A stretch of 64,000 nucleotides of DNA, taken from contig CAXXMU010000001.1 in assembly GCA_963667785.2 (NCBI GenBank), positions 928,001 through 992,000 of the forward strand. The letters are read 5' to 3'. Position numbers and translations under genes: made by a program. This stretch comes from Alphaproteobacteria bacterium. GTDB taxonomy: Bacteria > Pseudomonadota > Alphaproteobacteria > UBA828. Position 1 is the stretch's first letter. Each line of letters starts with the position of its first letter. The notes under the pieces are model-generated. The model ran no database searches. It was not told where the DNA came from and saw only the letters and a program-made list of their open reading frames with translations. Positions 55,996-64,000 of the stretch are shown here, piece after piece.

Positions 55996-56289
55996 TCAGC
56001 CGACGAAGCGCCGGAGGTGGCTCGGCGGCGTCGCCTTGAGCCGCAGCACGAAGTCCGGCAGGAACCAGTAGAGCGCGTAGCGCGCGATGTTGGCCCCGCC
56101 GCCGCGCTTCACCCGGCGCAGCAGCAGCCAGCCGCCGACACCCGCCACCAGACCCGGCACGAACTGGTTGGCCGCCAGCCCGAGCAGCGCCGGCCCCATC
56201 AGCGCCGCCGCCTCGTCCACGGTCCAGAACAGCCAGCGCTCCGGGTCGTCGAGCCGGCGGGGAATCGTGTGGCGGGCGGTCTCGTTCAC
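55996..56289 (-). CDS. traL: TraL
   Basis: IPRRLDDPERWLFWTVDE...YWFLP...PPS. Confidence 0.9.
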   Translation of the reverse strand: MNETARHTIPRRLDDPERWLFWTVDEAAALMGPALLGLAANQFVPGLVAGVGGWLLLRRVKRGGGANIARYALYWFLPDFVLRLKATPPSHLRRFVG

Positions 56290-56299
56290 GATTGCGGCC

Positions 56300-56629
56300 T
56301 CAGACGATCGCCGTGCCGACCAGGCCGGTGACGATGCCGGTGCCGGCGCCCGCGGCGATGCCGACGCCGACCGCGCCCATGAGCTGCATCGCGTTGAAGC
56401 GCAGCACCGAGCCCACCAGGGCGGCGCCCACCGCGAGCGCCGCGGCGAGCTGGCCGCCGGTGCCGCCGACGATGTCCTCCACCGTGTCCAGCGGGCTGTC
56501 GAAGGTGGTGTCGGTGGTCGCCAGCGCGATGTCGGGCGCCGCGAGCAGCGCCCCGAGCGCAAGGCCCGCCGCGGCAACGCCGCGCAGCGCCTCGCCCGCG
56601 CTGCCCGCGGTCTTCCGCCGCGCGGCCAT
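56300..56629 (-). CDS. traA: probable pilin (TraA-like)
   Basis: Leader peptide followed by two hydrophobic segments; directly upstream of traL. Confidence 0.7.
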   Translation of the reverse strand: MAARRKTAGSAGEALRGVAAAGLALGALLAAPDIALATTDTTFDSPLDTVEDIVGGTGGQLAAALAVGAALVGSVLRFNAMQLMGAVGVGIAAGAGTGIVTGLVGTAIV

Positions 56630-57303
56630 CACGCCGCCCTCCGGCCCGGGCCGTCCGGCCCGCCCGGCACGTGGCGCTCCGCCGCCCAGCGCTTCAGGTG
56701 GTCGAGGCGGTAGAGGATGCGGTGGCCGAAACGGTAGTGGTCCGGACCGCCGCCCTCCTCGCGCATCCGGTGCAGCGTGCGCGCGGAGACCCCGAGCCAG
56801 GCCGCCGCCTCGCGCGCGCTCAGATGAGGGCTCTCTTCGTGGTTCATGTCCGTCTCTCCCTGTCGTTCTTCGTTCCCCCCGCGCGCCAGCAGCCGCACGT
56901 CCGCCACCGCGCGCGCCATCGCCGCCAGGCACGCCTCATCCGCCTGCGCCGCCATCCAGGCGCGCACCTTGTCCACGGTGACGAGGCGGAAGGAGACGCC
57001 GCCGTGCAGCCGTTCCACGAAGGAGGGGTCGCCGGCCGCCCGCTCGCCCAGCACGTAGGGCTTGGTTCCGGTGCGTTCGAGGAACGCCTCGACCTCGCGC
57101 ACGAAGCCGGGGCGGAGCGGCGCTTCGCCCATGGCCGCGAGCACCGTGTCGGCGGTGGCAAGCGTCAGACGCCGCCCGCGCTTGAGCGAGGCGACGAAGC
57201 CGGGGTCGTTCAGCGCGTCGATGCCGAAGCGCCGGCCACTCGTGCCGGAGCGCGCGAGATGGCCGAGAACGGCGTCACGGAGCCTGTCGTCGAGGGGTGT
57301 CAT
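56629..57303 (-). CDS. regulator with two tandem Cro-like HTH domains and a C-terminal AlpA/excisionase-like HTH
   Basis: Internal repeat FGIDALNDPGFVASLKRG / LGERAAGDPSFVERLHGG, then LSAREAAAWLGVSARTL...GGGP...ILYRLDHL. Confidence 0.8.
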   Translation of the reverse strand: MTPLDDRLRDAVLGHLARSGTSGRRFGIDALNDPGFVASLKRGRRLTLATADTVLAAMGEAPLRPGFVREVEAFLERTGTKPYVLGERAAGDPSFVERLHGGVSFRLVTVDKVRAWMAAQADEACLAAMARAVADVRLLARGGNEERQGETDMNHEESPHLSAREAAAWLGVSARTLHRMREEGGGPDHYRFGHRILYRLDHLKRWAAERHVPGGPDGPGRRAA

Positions 57304-57332
57304 GGCGGCGACCGTACCGAGGACGGCCGCCG

Positions 57333-57362
57333 TTGACAATCGTCTTAGTTAGGGGATATCCT
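57333..57362 (+). promoter_or_regulatory. candidate sigma70 promoter in the divergent control region
   Basis: TTGACA-N18-TATCCT upstream of the repressor gene, in an AT-richer gap. Confidence 0.5.
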
Positions 57363-57392
57363 GCGGATGAGGCTTCCACGCAAGGAGCGGAC

Positions 57393-58061
57393 ATGCAAAC
57401 CGACACCGCACGAGAGAACCTGAGAGAGGCGCTCTGGAAGAAGGGAACCTCCCTCGCCGAGGCGTCCCTGGCCATCGGCCGGAACAAGGCCTATCTCCAG
57501 CAGTACCTCGCCCGAGGCATGCCCCGCGTGCTCTCGTTTCAGGACTCCGAAGCCCTGGCCAAGCTCCTCGGCTGCGACCCCGCCGAGCTCCGCCACGACG
57601 CGCTGCCCGCGCCCAAGCCCTGGTCCGGCCCGAAGCGCAGGCGCACCGCCGGCGCCTCGGTGCCGGAGATGGAGGTCGAGGCCGCCGCCGGGCCGGGCGC
57701 CTGGAACGAGGGCTTCGTCGCCGAGAAGGCCCGCTGGCGCCTCCCCGAGGGCATGGTCCGCCACGAGGGCGACGCCGACCCCGGCGCGGTCCGCATCCTC
57801 AAGGTGCGCGGCAATTCCATGGAGCCCGAGCTGCGCCAGGGCGACCGCGTCGTCATCGACACCGCGCGCCGCGTCCCCGCCGCCGGCGAGCTCTTCGTGC
57901 TCTGGGACGGCACGGGACTCGTGGTCAAGCGCGTCGAGGCGCTCACCGCAGAGGGACAGCTCCGCCTCGCCTCGGCCCACCCCGACTACGCCCCCTACGA
58001 GCGCCCGGCCGACGAGGTCCACATCGTCGGCAAGGTCCTCTGGAAGGTCACCCGCGCCTGA
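57393..58061 (+). CDS. CI/LexA-like repressor, HTH + S24 autopeptidase
   Basis: SLAIGRNKAYLQQY HTH, AAAG cleavage-site-like motif, VRGNSMEP (Ser), VVKRV (Lys); AAGGAG RBS. Confidence 0.9.
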   Translation: MQTDTARENLREALWKKGTSLAEASLAIGRNKAYLQQYLARGMPRVLSFQDSEALAKLLGCDPAELRHDALPAPKPWSGPKRRRTAGASVPEMEVEAAAGPGAWNEGFVAEKARWRLPEGMVRHEGDADPGAVRILKVRGNSMEPELRQGDRVVIDTARRVPAAGELFVLWDGTGLVVKRVEALTAEGQLRLASAHPDYAPYERPADEVHIVGKVLWKVTRA

Positions 58062-58089
58062 CGCCCGAAACACCGATTCAGCGCGCGCC

Positions 58090-61000
58090 CTACCACCTGA
58101 TGGCGCCTCTGAGCATCACCCCGTGCTCGGCCCGGCCGGCGCCGTTGTCGTTGACCGGCTCCTGCCGCACGGCGTCGAGGCCGATCTCGAATCCCGGATC
58201 GCCCGGCACGACCGAGGTCAGCCGCCAGCCGATGCGGTACTCGCGCGCCGCGTCCGAGAGCGCGAAGCCCAGGTTCGGCGTACCCGTGAAGCGGTCGCCG
58301 AGCACGGACAGCCCGTAGCCGAGCTCGCCCTGGAGGCCCCGCGCCGCTTCGAACTCGGCGCCGCCCGGCGCGAGCTCCGCCGCCCGCTGCGCGCCCCACA
58401 GACGCTCCGACCCGCCCGCCGCCGCCCCCAGCGTGGGGCTGAGCGAGAAGGAGAGGCCGCGCCCGCGCTCATTGGGCGCAAGACGCACCGCGCCCGAGAC
58501 GCCCCACTCCTCGTAGTCCGAGTCCGCATGCGCCACCAGCATCCGCGCCTTCGCCTCGACCGAGAGCCCCGTCGCCGGATCGGCGTAGCTGACGCCGCCG
58601 CCGAGCTCCACGCCCGTCCCAGTCTCGGCGTCGCCGCCGTCATGGCGCAGCCCGAGCTCCAGAGACGGCCGCAGCACCGCGCCGCCGCCTGTCTGGAACG
58701 CGCGGCCGCCTTCCAGGATCAGCCGCACCCGGTTCGCTTCCGCCGTCGTCTTGCCCTCGTTCGACACCGGGTCGGACTCGGTCTCCACATGGAACGCGTC
58801 CGCCTTGAGCGCGAGGTCCATCACGCCGGTCTCGTCCTGCGTCAGCAGCGCGCCGCGGCCGCCGAGAGCGGCCAAGCGCATCTCCAGGTCGGTCCGGGTC
58901 GTCCGCTCCGGCTGGCCCCGGTCGTTCGCCGCCTGCACGATGGTCATGTCGCCGGTGCCCCAGCCCGCGAGGCCCCACACCGAGACCCGGTCGGTCACCA
59001 TGAACCGCGCATAGGGGCTCACGGTGGTCATCGTGCTCTCGACCGTCCCGGAGTCCACCTCCGGCTGGTCGAACCGCCCCTCGCCCTCGCTCACCGATAT
59101 GGCGACGCCGGCAAGCAGCCGCTCCCACTCCGCGTCCGTGCCGAGGATCCCGGTGGTCACCTCGCCGTCGACGCGCACGTTGCCGGTCTCCGCCGGCGCC
59201 GCGCCGTCGAAGCCGCCCACCGTCACCCGGCCCCAGGCCGCAAGGCCCGGACCGCCCCCGTCGCCCTCTCGGGCGAGGTGGAACGCGCTCCCCAGCAGCA
59301 GCTCGCGGCCCGACAGCTCGCGCATCGTCGTGCTGGCCGGCGCGGGAGACTCACCGACGCCCACGCCCGTCCCGCGCCAGCCGCCTGCCCCGGACCCCGA
59401 TCCGGGGTCGTCCTCGGGCTCCGGCCCCGCCGGCGCGCCCAGCGCCTGCGCGACAGAGGTCAGCGTCTGCCCGAGCCACGCCTCGTCCTGCGTCTCCGCG
59501 AGGTCGACGCTCACACCACCCACCGTCACCTGCGCACCGCTGAGCGGGCCGGCCAACCGGTCCGAGACCGCCTCGGTCACGTGCCCCGCCACCGTCCGCC
59601 CAAAGCGCGAGAGCCACATCTTCTGCAGCGGGTCCGCGTTCGTGATCGTGCCGGTCGCCTCGCCGTCGGCGATCGCCGCCCCTTGCGCGTTCCGGAGCCT
59701 CAAGGTGAACGTCTCGCTCCCCTCGTCCAGCGCGTCGTCGAGGATCGGCACGCTCACCGTCTTCTCGAGCTCGCCCTGGGCGAAGCTCAGCGTGCCCTGG
59801 GTCCGGGTGTAGTCCTCGCCCGCCACCGCCGTGCCGTCGGCGGTCGCGTAGTCGACCGTCACCGTGCCTGACACCGCGCGGCCGAGCGTCACCCGGAACG
59901 CCATCGCTTCGTCGGCGCCCTCGCGCGCCTCGGCGTCCGCCACCGACAGCGTTGCCGGCCCCCCCACCGTCGCCGACACCGTGTTCGCGAGCTTGCGCCC
60001 GGCCTCGGTGCACACCGCCCCCGGCAGCCCGCAGTCCGTCGCCGCGGGAAGGGTGATCGTCACGTCCTCGAACGACGCCGGGCGCACCGAGATCGTCCAG
60101 CGGTCGTTCCGGCCCCGCGCGATGCGCTTCGCTTCCCGCACCCGGCCGCCGGTCACCACGAACGCATGGTCCCTGAGCACCCGGTAGCCGAACCGGCCCG
60201 GGAAGTCCTCGCTGAAGCGGAGCTCGAAGCTGAACAGGCGCCGCCCGTCGTGCTCCGCCGGCACGCCGGTGAACGTCGCCGTCAGCGGCGGCAGCAGGGG
60301 CGCCACCGCCCCGGTCGCCGCGCTCGTCAGCGTCTCGCGGTACCCGGCGTCGTCGCTGAACGTCACCCGCACCTTGACCGTGCGCCCCTCTTCCGCCTCC
60401 GTGAGCGTGTAGCGCGCACCCGTGGCGCCCGCGATCACCGCGTCCGCGCCGTCGCCGCTCGAGACCCACTGGAAGGCGAACGCGGCCCCCGAGAGCCCGT
60501 TCGCGTCGGCGATGCCGGCCGTGGTCGCCGCGAGCGTCTCGCCCACCCGTGCCGTGCCCTCGATCGCCGGCGCGCCCGTCGCCGCCACGTTGGCGGGCCG
60601 CGGCACCGAGTTCGCCACCGCCATGTCGATGACGTTGGCGAGCTGGCTGCCGTGGACGTCCGACAGGCCGAGCGCGCCCCGCGGGCGCCGGTAGCTCACC
60701 GTCACCGTCTCCCCCGCCGCGATGTCGCGGTCGAGCGTCAGCCTCAGCTCGCGCGGATCGTCGCTCGAGAAGGACGCCCCGGTCACCGCCGCCGCGCCGC
60801 CCGAGGCCGAGACCGTGAACCACGCCGCCTGCGGCGCCGACCCGGTCGCGAACGCGTGCCGGCCCCGCAGGACGCTGCTTGCGTCCGAGTTGCTGCCGAC
60901 TCCGCCCGAGCTGCCGCCCACCGTCGCGCTCAGGATCCCGTTTCGGCTGCACGCGCCCGCCCGCGCGTTCGTCACGGGCACGCCGAAGAAGTCGGACACG

Positions 61001-64000
61001 TCGGCGCCGTCGAGACCCTGGAGCGGGGACTCGTCGGGGACGTCGTAGGCCAGCGTGAACGGGGCGGCGTCCTCGCAGGGATGCAGCGGGTGACGCAGGT
61101 GCAGCACCACCCTTCTTCGGTCGGCCAACTCGACCCTGGTCACCGTCAAGTCGTACAGCTCCCGATCCGCCTCCCTCTCCGAATCCTCCAGCGCATCGTG
61201 GACCGTGAACGCCGCCGGGGCCGGCAGGCTCGCCGGGTCCAGCGCCCTGTCGTAGGTCAGCACGACCCGTGCGCCGTCCACGACCGCCGATTGCGCCACC
61301 GGAGCTTCAGGCGACTTGGCAATCAGCACCTGCCGGAACTTCGTCGCGGCGTTCCCCGCCTCGTCCTGGATGAGGTTCGTCCCGGGCGTGTAACTTACGA
61401 TGAAAGTCCGCCCGGCCGGGGCCCGGCCGTCCAGCGTCAGGACCACGGCCTTGCCTTCGACCGCGACCTGCCACACGGTCGCGCCGCCTTCCGCCGTCAA
61501 GCCGAAGTCCCCGATCGAGGGCACGGAGGCCGCGTCCAGCGCCTTGTCGTAGTACAGCGCCAGCTTCGTCCGCGCCGGGCTCGCGCTCACCTGCGCCACC
61601 GCGGCGCCCAGCAGCACCGGCGCCACGCGGTCGAACACCGTGGCCCGGAACCCGTCGAACGACCGCACCTCGGGGTTGCCGGTGCCCGCGCCCTTGAGCG
61701 GGTTGGCGGCCGGCTTGGTGTAGGACACCGAGGCCACCACGTCGCCGGGCACCGCCTCATCCAGATACACATCGACGACGGCACCGTCGATCTGCGGGGG
61801 AAACGCGTTCCCGGACTTGCCGGCGATGCTGCGCCGGTCGTCGTTCGCGTCGGTGGTCGTGACCACGAAGGCGCTGCTCCCGGACGGCACCGACGTCGCG
61901 TCCAGCGCCCCGTCGAAGATCAGCCGCAGCCGATCTCCCCCGACCGTCGCGCGCAGCGGCGCCGGCCCCACGGCGCCCGCCATGTTGTTCGTCACCGCCA
62001 GGTCCCTGAACCACGCCACCTTCTTGCCGGGCGTGCCCGTGCCCTTCAGCAGGGCGCCGTCGTAGGTCAGCCTGATGTTGTCGTCGCCCGCGCGCGCCGG
62101 CGTGCCCAGGGTCAGCGTCAGCGTGCTGCCGCTCACGCCGACCGCAATCGGGCTCTGGCTGAGGGTTCGGTCGCCGGCGTTGAGGCCGCCCGCGCCCTGC
62201 ACAAGCAGGTAGAACCGCATCGACGTCAGCGCGGATCCGCTCAACGAAGCAAGCGGCTGGTCGAAGGTCACCGTCAGCGCGGCGCCGTCCACCGCCGCGC
62301 CCGTCGGCCGCGGCCCCACGTCGGCGCTCGTCTTGCTCCCGTCGACCTTGGCAAACTCGTTGCCCGTGATCGGCAGACCCTGCAGCGTCGGGTCGACGCC
62401 GAGGCCGGTATCGGCGTCGGTGATGGTGGTGAGCGGCGTGAACAGCACCCGCCTCGCTGCGCCCGTCTGCACCCACACCCCGTCGGGGTCCCGGTCGGCG
62501 GCCTGGACCACGTAGGCGAAGCGCAGCGTCTCGTTGCCGTGCAGAAGCTCGGGATTGCTGAGCAGCCTGCGGCTGCCGTCGTTCTGGTTGGCGTTGTCGT
62601 CGCCCAGGTCCAGGCGCAGTTTCACGTCCTTCGCGCCGCTGAGCTTGACCGCCTGCCCGCCGAACTCCACGTCGACGAGTATCCGGTCGCCCCGCACGTA
62701 GGTGTCGTTCGTGCCGTCCCCGTCCGCGTCGTAGCTCGGATGCGAGACGATGTGCACCCGGCTGATCGTCGGCCCGTGGCCGACCCGCACCGAGAAGGTC
62801 TGCCGCGCCTTGTCCGCCGCGTTGCCGACACCGTCCACGTCCGACGCGGTATAGGTGACCTCGAAGGTCCCCGTGCCGGTCGGCGTTCCCGTGAGCGCGC
62901 GGGTCTCCCCGTCGAAGCTGAGCCCCGGGGGCAGCCCTCCTTCCACCCGGTATTTGTAGGGAAAACGAAAGTCGCCGGTCGAGGACACGCTTCCCACGTC
63001 GCCGCCTTCCGCCGGGGGCAGGACCACGGGGTCGATCTTCTCGTTGACCGCGAAGTGCAGCGCTTCCTGCTGCCTCGAAAACGTCGGCGCGCCGTTGCTG
63101 TTGCCGAAGCCGCCCACGCTGGCGTGGAAGAAGGTGCTGACCGAGGCGCCCTCCGGGTCGGTGGCGGTCACGTCGATGCGCACCGACGTCGTCCGGCTCG
63201 CCGCCGCCACGACGTACACCCTTCCGGGCTGGGTAGCCGTCGCGAGCTCCACATGGGGGATGCCGTAACCGAGGATGACGGTGTCCGGCACGTTGCTCAC
63301 CCGCGCCGTGAAGGTCAGGGTGTCGCCGTCCGGATCGCTGAACATGGGCGCCTTGCGGCCGCTGCCGGTGCACTTCGTGTTGTCCACGAGAGGCGTTGCG
63401 CTGATAAGGGTGCCGGCGGGCGCATTGATCGTCCCGAACGACGTGTCCTCGGTCTTCTGCACACAGCCCGACGAGCCGAGCTTCATCCGTATCGGCGCCT
63501 GGTTCGTCGTCGACGTCGAAGCGTTCGTGGTGGCCGTGCCCGAGGCCGACCACGCCCCCTCGCCGACCGCGTTGCCCGCCCGCACCTGCACCCGGTAGGC
63601 GGTGCTCGGCGCAAGACCCGAAATCGTCGCCGAGGTCGTGACGCTGTCCGTGTCCGAAAGCCCGGTCGTCTCGTCCTCCGTGACCCAGTCCGCCTCGTCG
63701 TCCGGGTCGGCGGAGCCCGCGTAATACCGCAGGTCGTAGTCGGTGATCGCCGAGCCGCCGGTGCCCGGCGCCGTCCAGCTCACCGACAGGGTGCTGGCGG
63801 AGTTCGACACCGCGGCGACCGTCAGTCCTCCCGGCACGAGCGGCGGGCCCGTGCCGACGGTGGCGCTGCCCGACTCCGACCAGTCCCCCGTGCCGTGATA
63901 GTTCGTCGCCCGCACCTGCACCCGGTAGGCGGACCCGGTGGCAAGTCCCGAGAGAGTCGCCGAGGTTCCCAAGCCCACATGGTCGTGGCCGCCGGTGTCC
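58090..64000 (-). CDS. large autotransporter-like adhesin (FN3, Ig-like, SwmB-like, Calx-beta, C-terminal beta-barrel); 5' end outside window
   Basis: FN3 YRVQVRA...G.WS twice, LPPGLSFDGETRALTGTPT, repeated VDGxxLTxTFDxxL units, VTVDYATADGTAVAGEDY, barrel ending GVMLRGAIRW; frame open to the window edge. Confidence 0.88.
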   Translation of the reverse strand, partial: DTGGHDHVGLGTSATLSGLATGSAYRVQVRATNYHGTGDWSESGSATVGTGPPLVPGGLTVAAVSNSASTLSVSWTAPGTGGSAITDYDLRYYAGSADPDDEADWVTEDETTGLSDTDSVTTSATISGLAPSTAYRVQVRAGNAVGEGAWSASGTATTNASTSTTNQAPIRMKLGSSGCVQKTEDTSFGTINAPAGTLISATPLVDNTKCTGSGRKAPMFSDPDGDTLTFTARVSNVPDTVILGYGIPHVELATATQPGRVYVVAAASRTTSVRIDVTATDPEGASVSTFFHASVGGFGNSNGAPTFSRQQEALHFAVNEKIDPVVLPPAEGGDVGSVSSTGDFRFPYKYRVEGGLPPGLSFDGETRALTGTPTGTGTFEVTYTASDVDGVGNAADKARQTFSVRVGHGPTISRVHIVSHPSYDADGDGTNDTYVRGDRILVDVEFGGQAVKLSGAKDVKLRLDLGDDNANQNDGSRRLLSNPELLHGNETLRFAYVVQAADRDPDGVWVQTGAARRVLFTPLTTITDADTGLGVDPTLQGLPITGNEFAKVDGSKTSADVGPRPTGAAVDGAALTVTFDQPLASLSGSALTSMRFYLLVQGAGGLNAGDRTLSQSPIAVGVSGSTLTLTLGTPARAGDDNIRLTYDGALLKGTGTPGKKVAWFRDLAVTNNMAGAVGPAPLRATVGGDRLRLIFDGALDATSVPSGSSAFVVTTTDANDDRRSIAGKSGNAFPPQIDGAVVDVYLDEAVPGDVVASVSYTKPAANPLKGAGTGNPEVRSFDGFRATVFDRVAPVLLGAAVAQVSASPARTKLALYYDKALDAASVPSIGDFGLTAEGGATVWQVAVEGKAVVLTLDGRAPAGRTFIVSYTPGTNLIQDEAGNAATKFRQVLIAKSPEAPVAQSAVVDGARVVLTYDRALDPASLPAPAAFTVHDALEDSEREADRELYDLTVTRVELADRRRVVLHLRHPLHPCEDAAPFTLAYDVPDESPLQGLDGADVSDFFGVPVTNARAGACSRNGILSATVGGSSGGVGSNSDASSVLRGRHAFATGSAPQAAWFTVSASGGAAAVTGASFSSDDPRELRLTLDRDIAAGETVTVSYRRPRGALGLSDVHGSQLANVIDMAVANSVPRPANVAATGAPAIEGTARVGETLAATTAGIADANGLSGAAFAFQWVSSGDGADAVIAGATGARYTLTEAEEGRTVKVRVTFSDDAGYRETLTSAATGAVAPLLPPLTATFTGVPAEHDGRRLFSFELRFSEDFPGRFGYRVLRDHAFVVTGGRVREAKRIARGRNDRWTISVRPASFEDVTITLPAATDCGLPGAVCTEAGRKLANTVSATVGGPATLSVADAEAREGADEAMAFRVTLGRAVSGTVTVDYATADGTAVAGEDYTRTQGTLSFAQGELEKTVSVPILDDALDEGSETFTLRLRNAQGAAIADGEATGTITNADPLQKMWLSRFGRTVAGHVTEAVSDRLAGPLSGAQVTVGGVSVDLAETQDEAWLGQTLTSVAQALGAPAGPEPEDDPGSGSGAGGWRGTGVGVGESPAPASTTMRELSGRELLLGSAFHLAREGDGGGPGLAAWGRVTVGGFDGAAPAETGNVRVDGEVTTGILGTDAEWERLLAGVAISVSEGEGRFDQPEVDSGTVESTMTTVSPYARFMVTDRVSVWGLAGWGTGDMTIVQAANDRGQPERTTRTDLEMRLAALGGRGALLTQDETGVMDLALKADAFHVETESDPVSNEGKTTAEANRVRLILEGGRAFQTGGGAVLRPSLELGLRHDGGDAETGTGVELGGGVSYADPATGLSVEAKARMLVAHADSDYEEWGVSGAVRLAPNERGRGLSFSLSPTLGAAAGGSERLWGAQRAAELAPGGAEFEAARGLQGELGYGLSVLGDRFTGTPNLGFALSDAAREYRIGWRLTSVVPGDPGFEIGLDAVRQEPVNDNGAGRAEHGVMLRGAIRW

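Larger units (their letters stand above)
121..58061. mobile_element. F-type conjugative element (ICE or plasmid segment); boundaries not visible
   Basis: Full tra operon, coupling protein, MOBF relaxase, oriT-like site and typical backbone genes (ParB-like, ssb, Toprim, DUF2958, methylase-helicase). No integrase, rep or att site seen, so coordinates are nominal. Confidence 0.85.

Noticed and set aside
1-64000. Many long overlapping or antisense ORFs rich in Arg/Pro/Gly/Ala (e.g. 6366-9206, 6604-9393, 33465-36878, 38321-41956)
   Set aside because: Shadow frames of real genes in very GC-rich DNA; no motifs or RBS

Overview
Very GC-rich bacterial DNA, mostly occupied by one F-type conjugative element (ICE or plasmid; no integrase, rep gene or att site is visible, so its ends are undefined). 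From right to left it contains: the 3' part of a large autotransporter-like adhesin gene (runs off the window); a phage-like CI/Cro-type divergent switch; a minus-strand F-type transfer operon (traA-L-E-K-B-V-C-[HD-like]-trbI-S26 peptidase-traW-[ssb]-traU-trbC-traN-F-H-G); a convergent candidate entry-exclusion gene; traD; a MOBF relaxase; and an RHH gene. A well-matched MOBF-type oriT (hairpin plus nic, predicted nick between 32415 and 32414 on the minus strand) implies that the plus-strand genes to its left form the leading region. The first ~8 kb predicted to enter a recipient encode two SLOG proteins, a DUF4326-NADAR fusion, a Toprim protein, an orphan DarG-like macrodomain, AlkB and SSB. 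I read this as a candidate ssDNA de-modification/anti-DarTG module, the most interesting system in the window. Further left are a methyltransferase-strawberry-notch helicase, a GHKL ATPase, a ParB-like protein ending in an FtsZ-like tail, a MoxR/DUF3150-like/vWA trio whose peptidase motif is lost, a PAPS-reductase-family gene and HU. A 5.5 kb, lower-GC nuclease-NACHT (NLR-like defence) gene appears inserted at a CA dinucleotide inside a backbone gene, with no recombinase of its own. Short palindromic elements are inserted in-frame in several genes. All family assignments are by motif recognition only; no database search was run.
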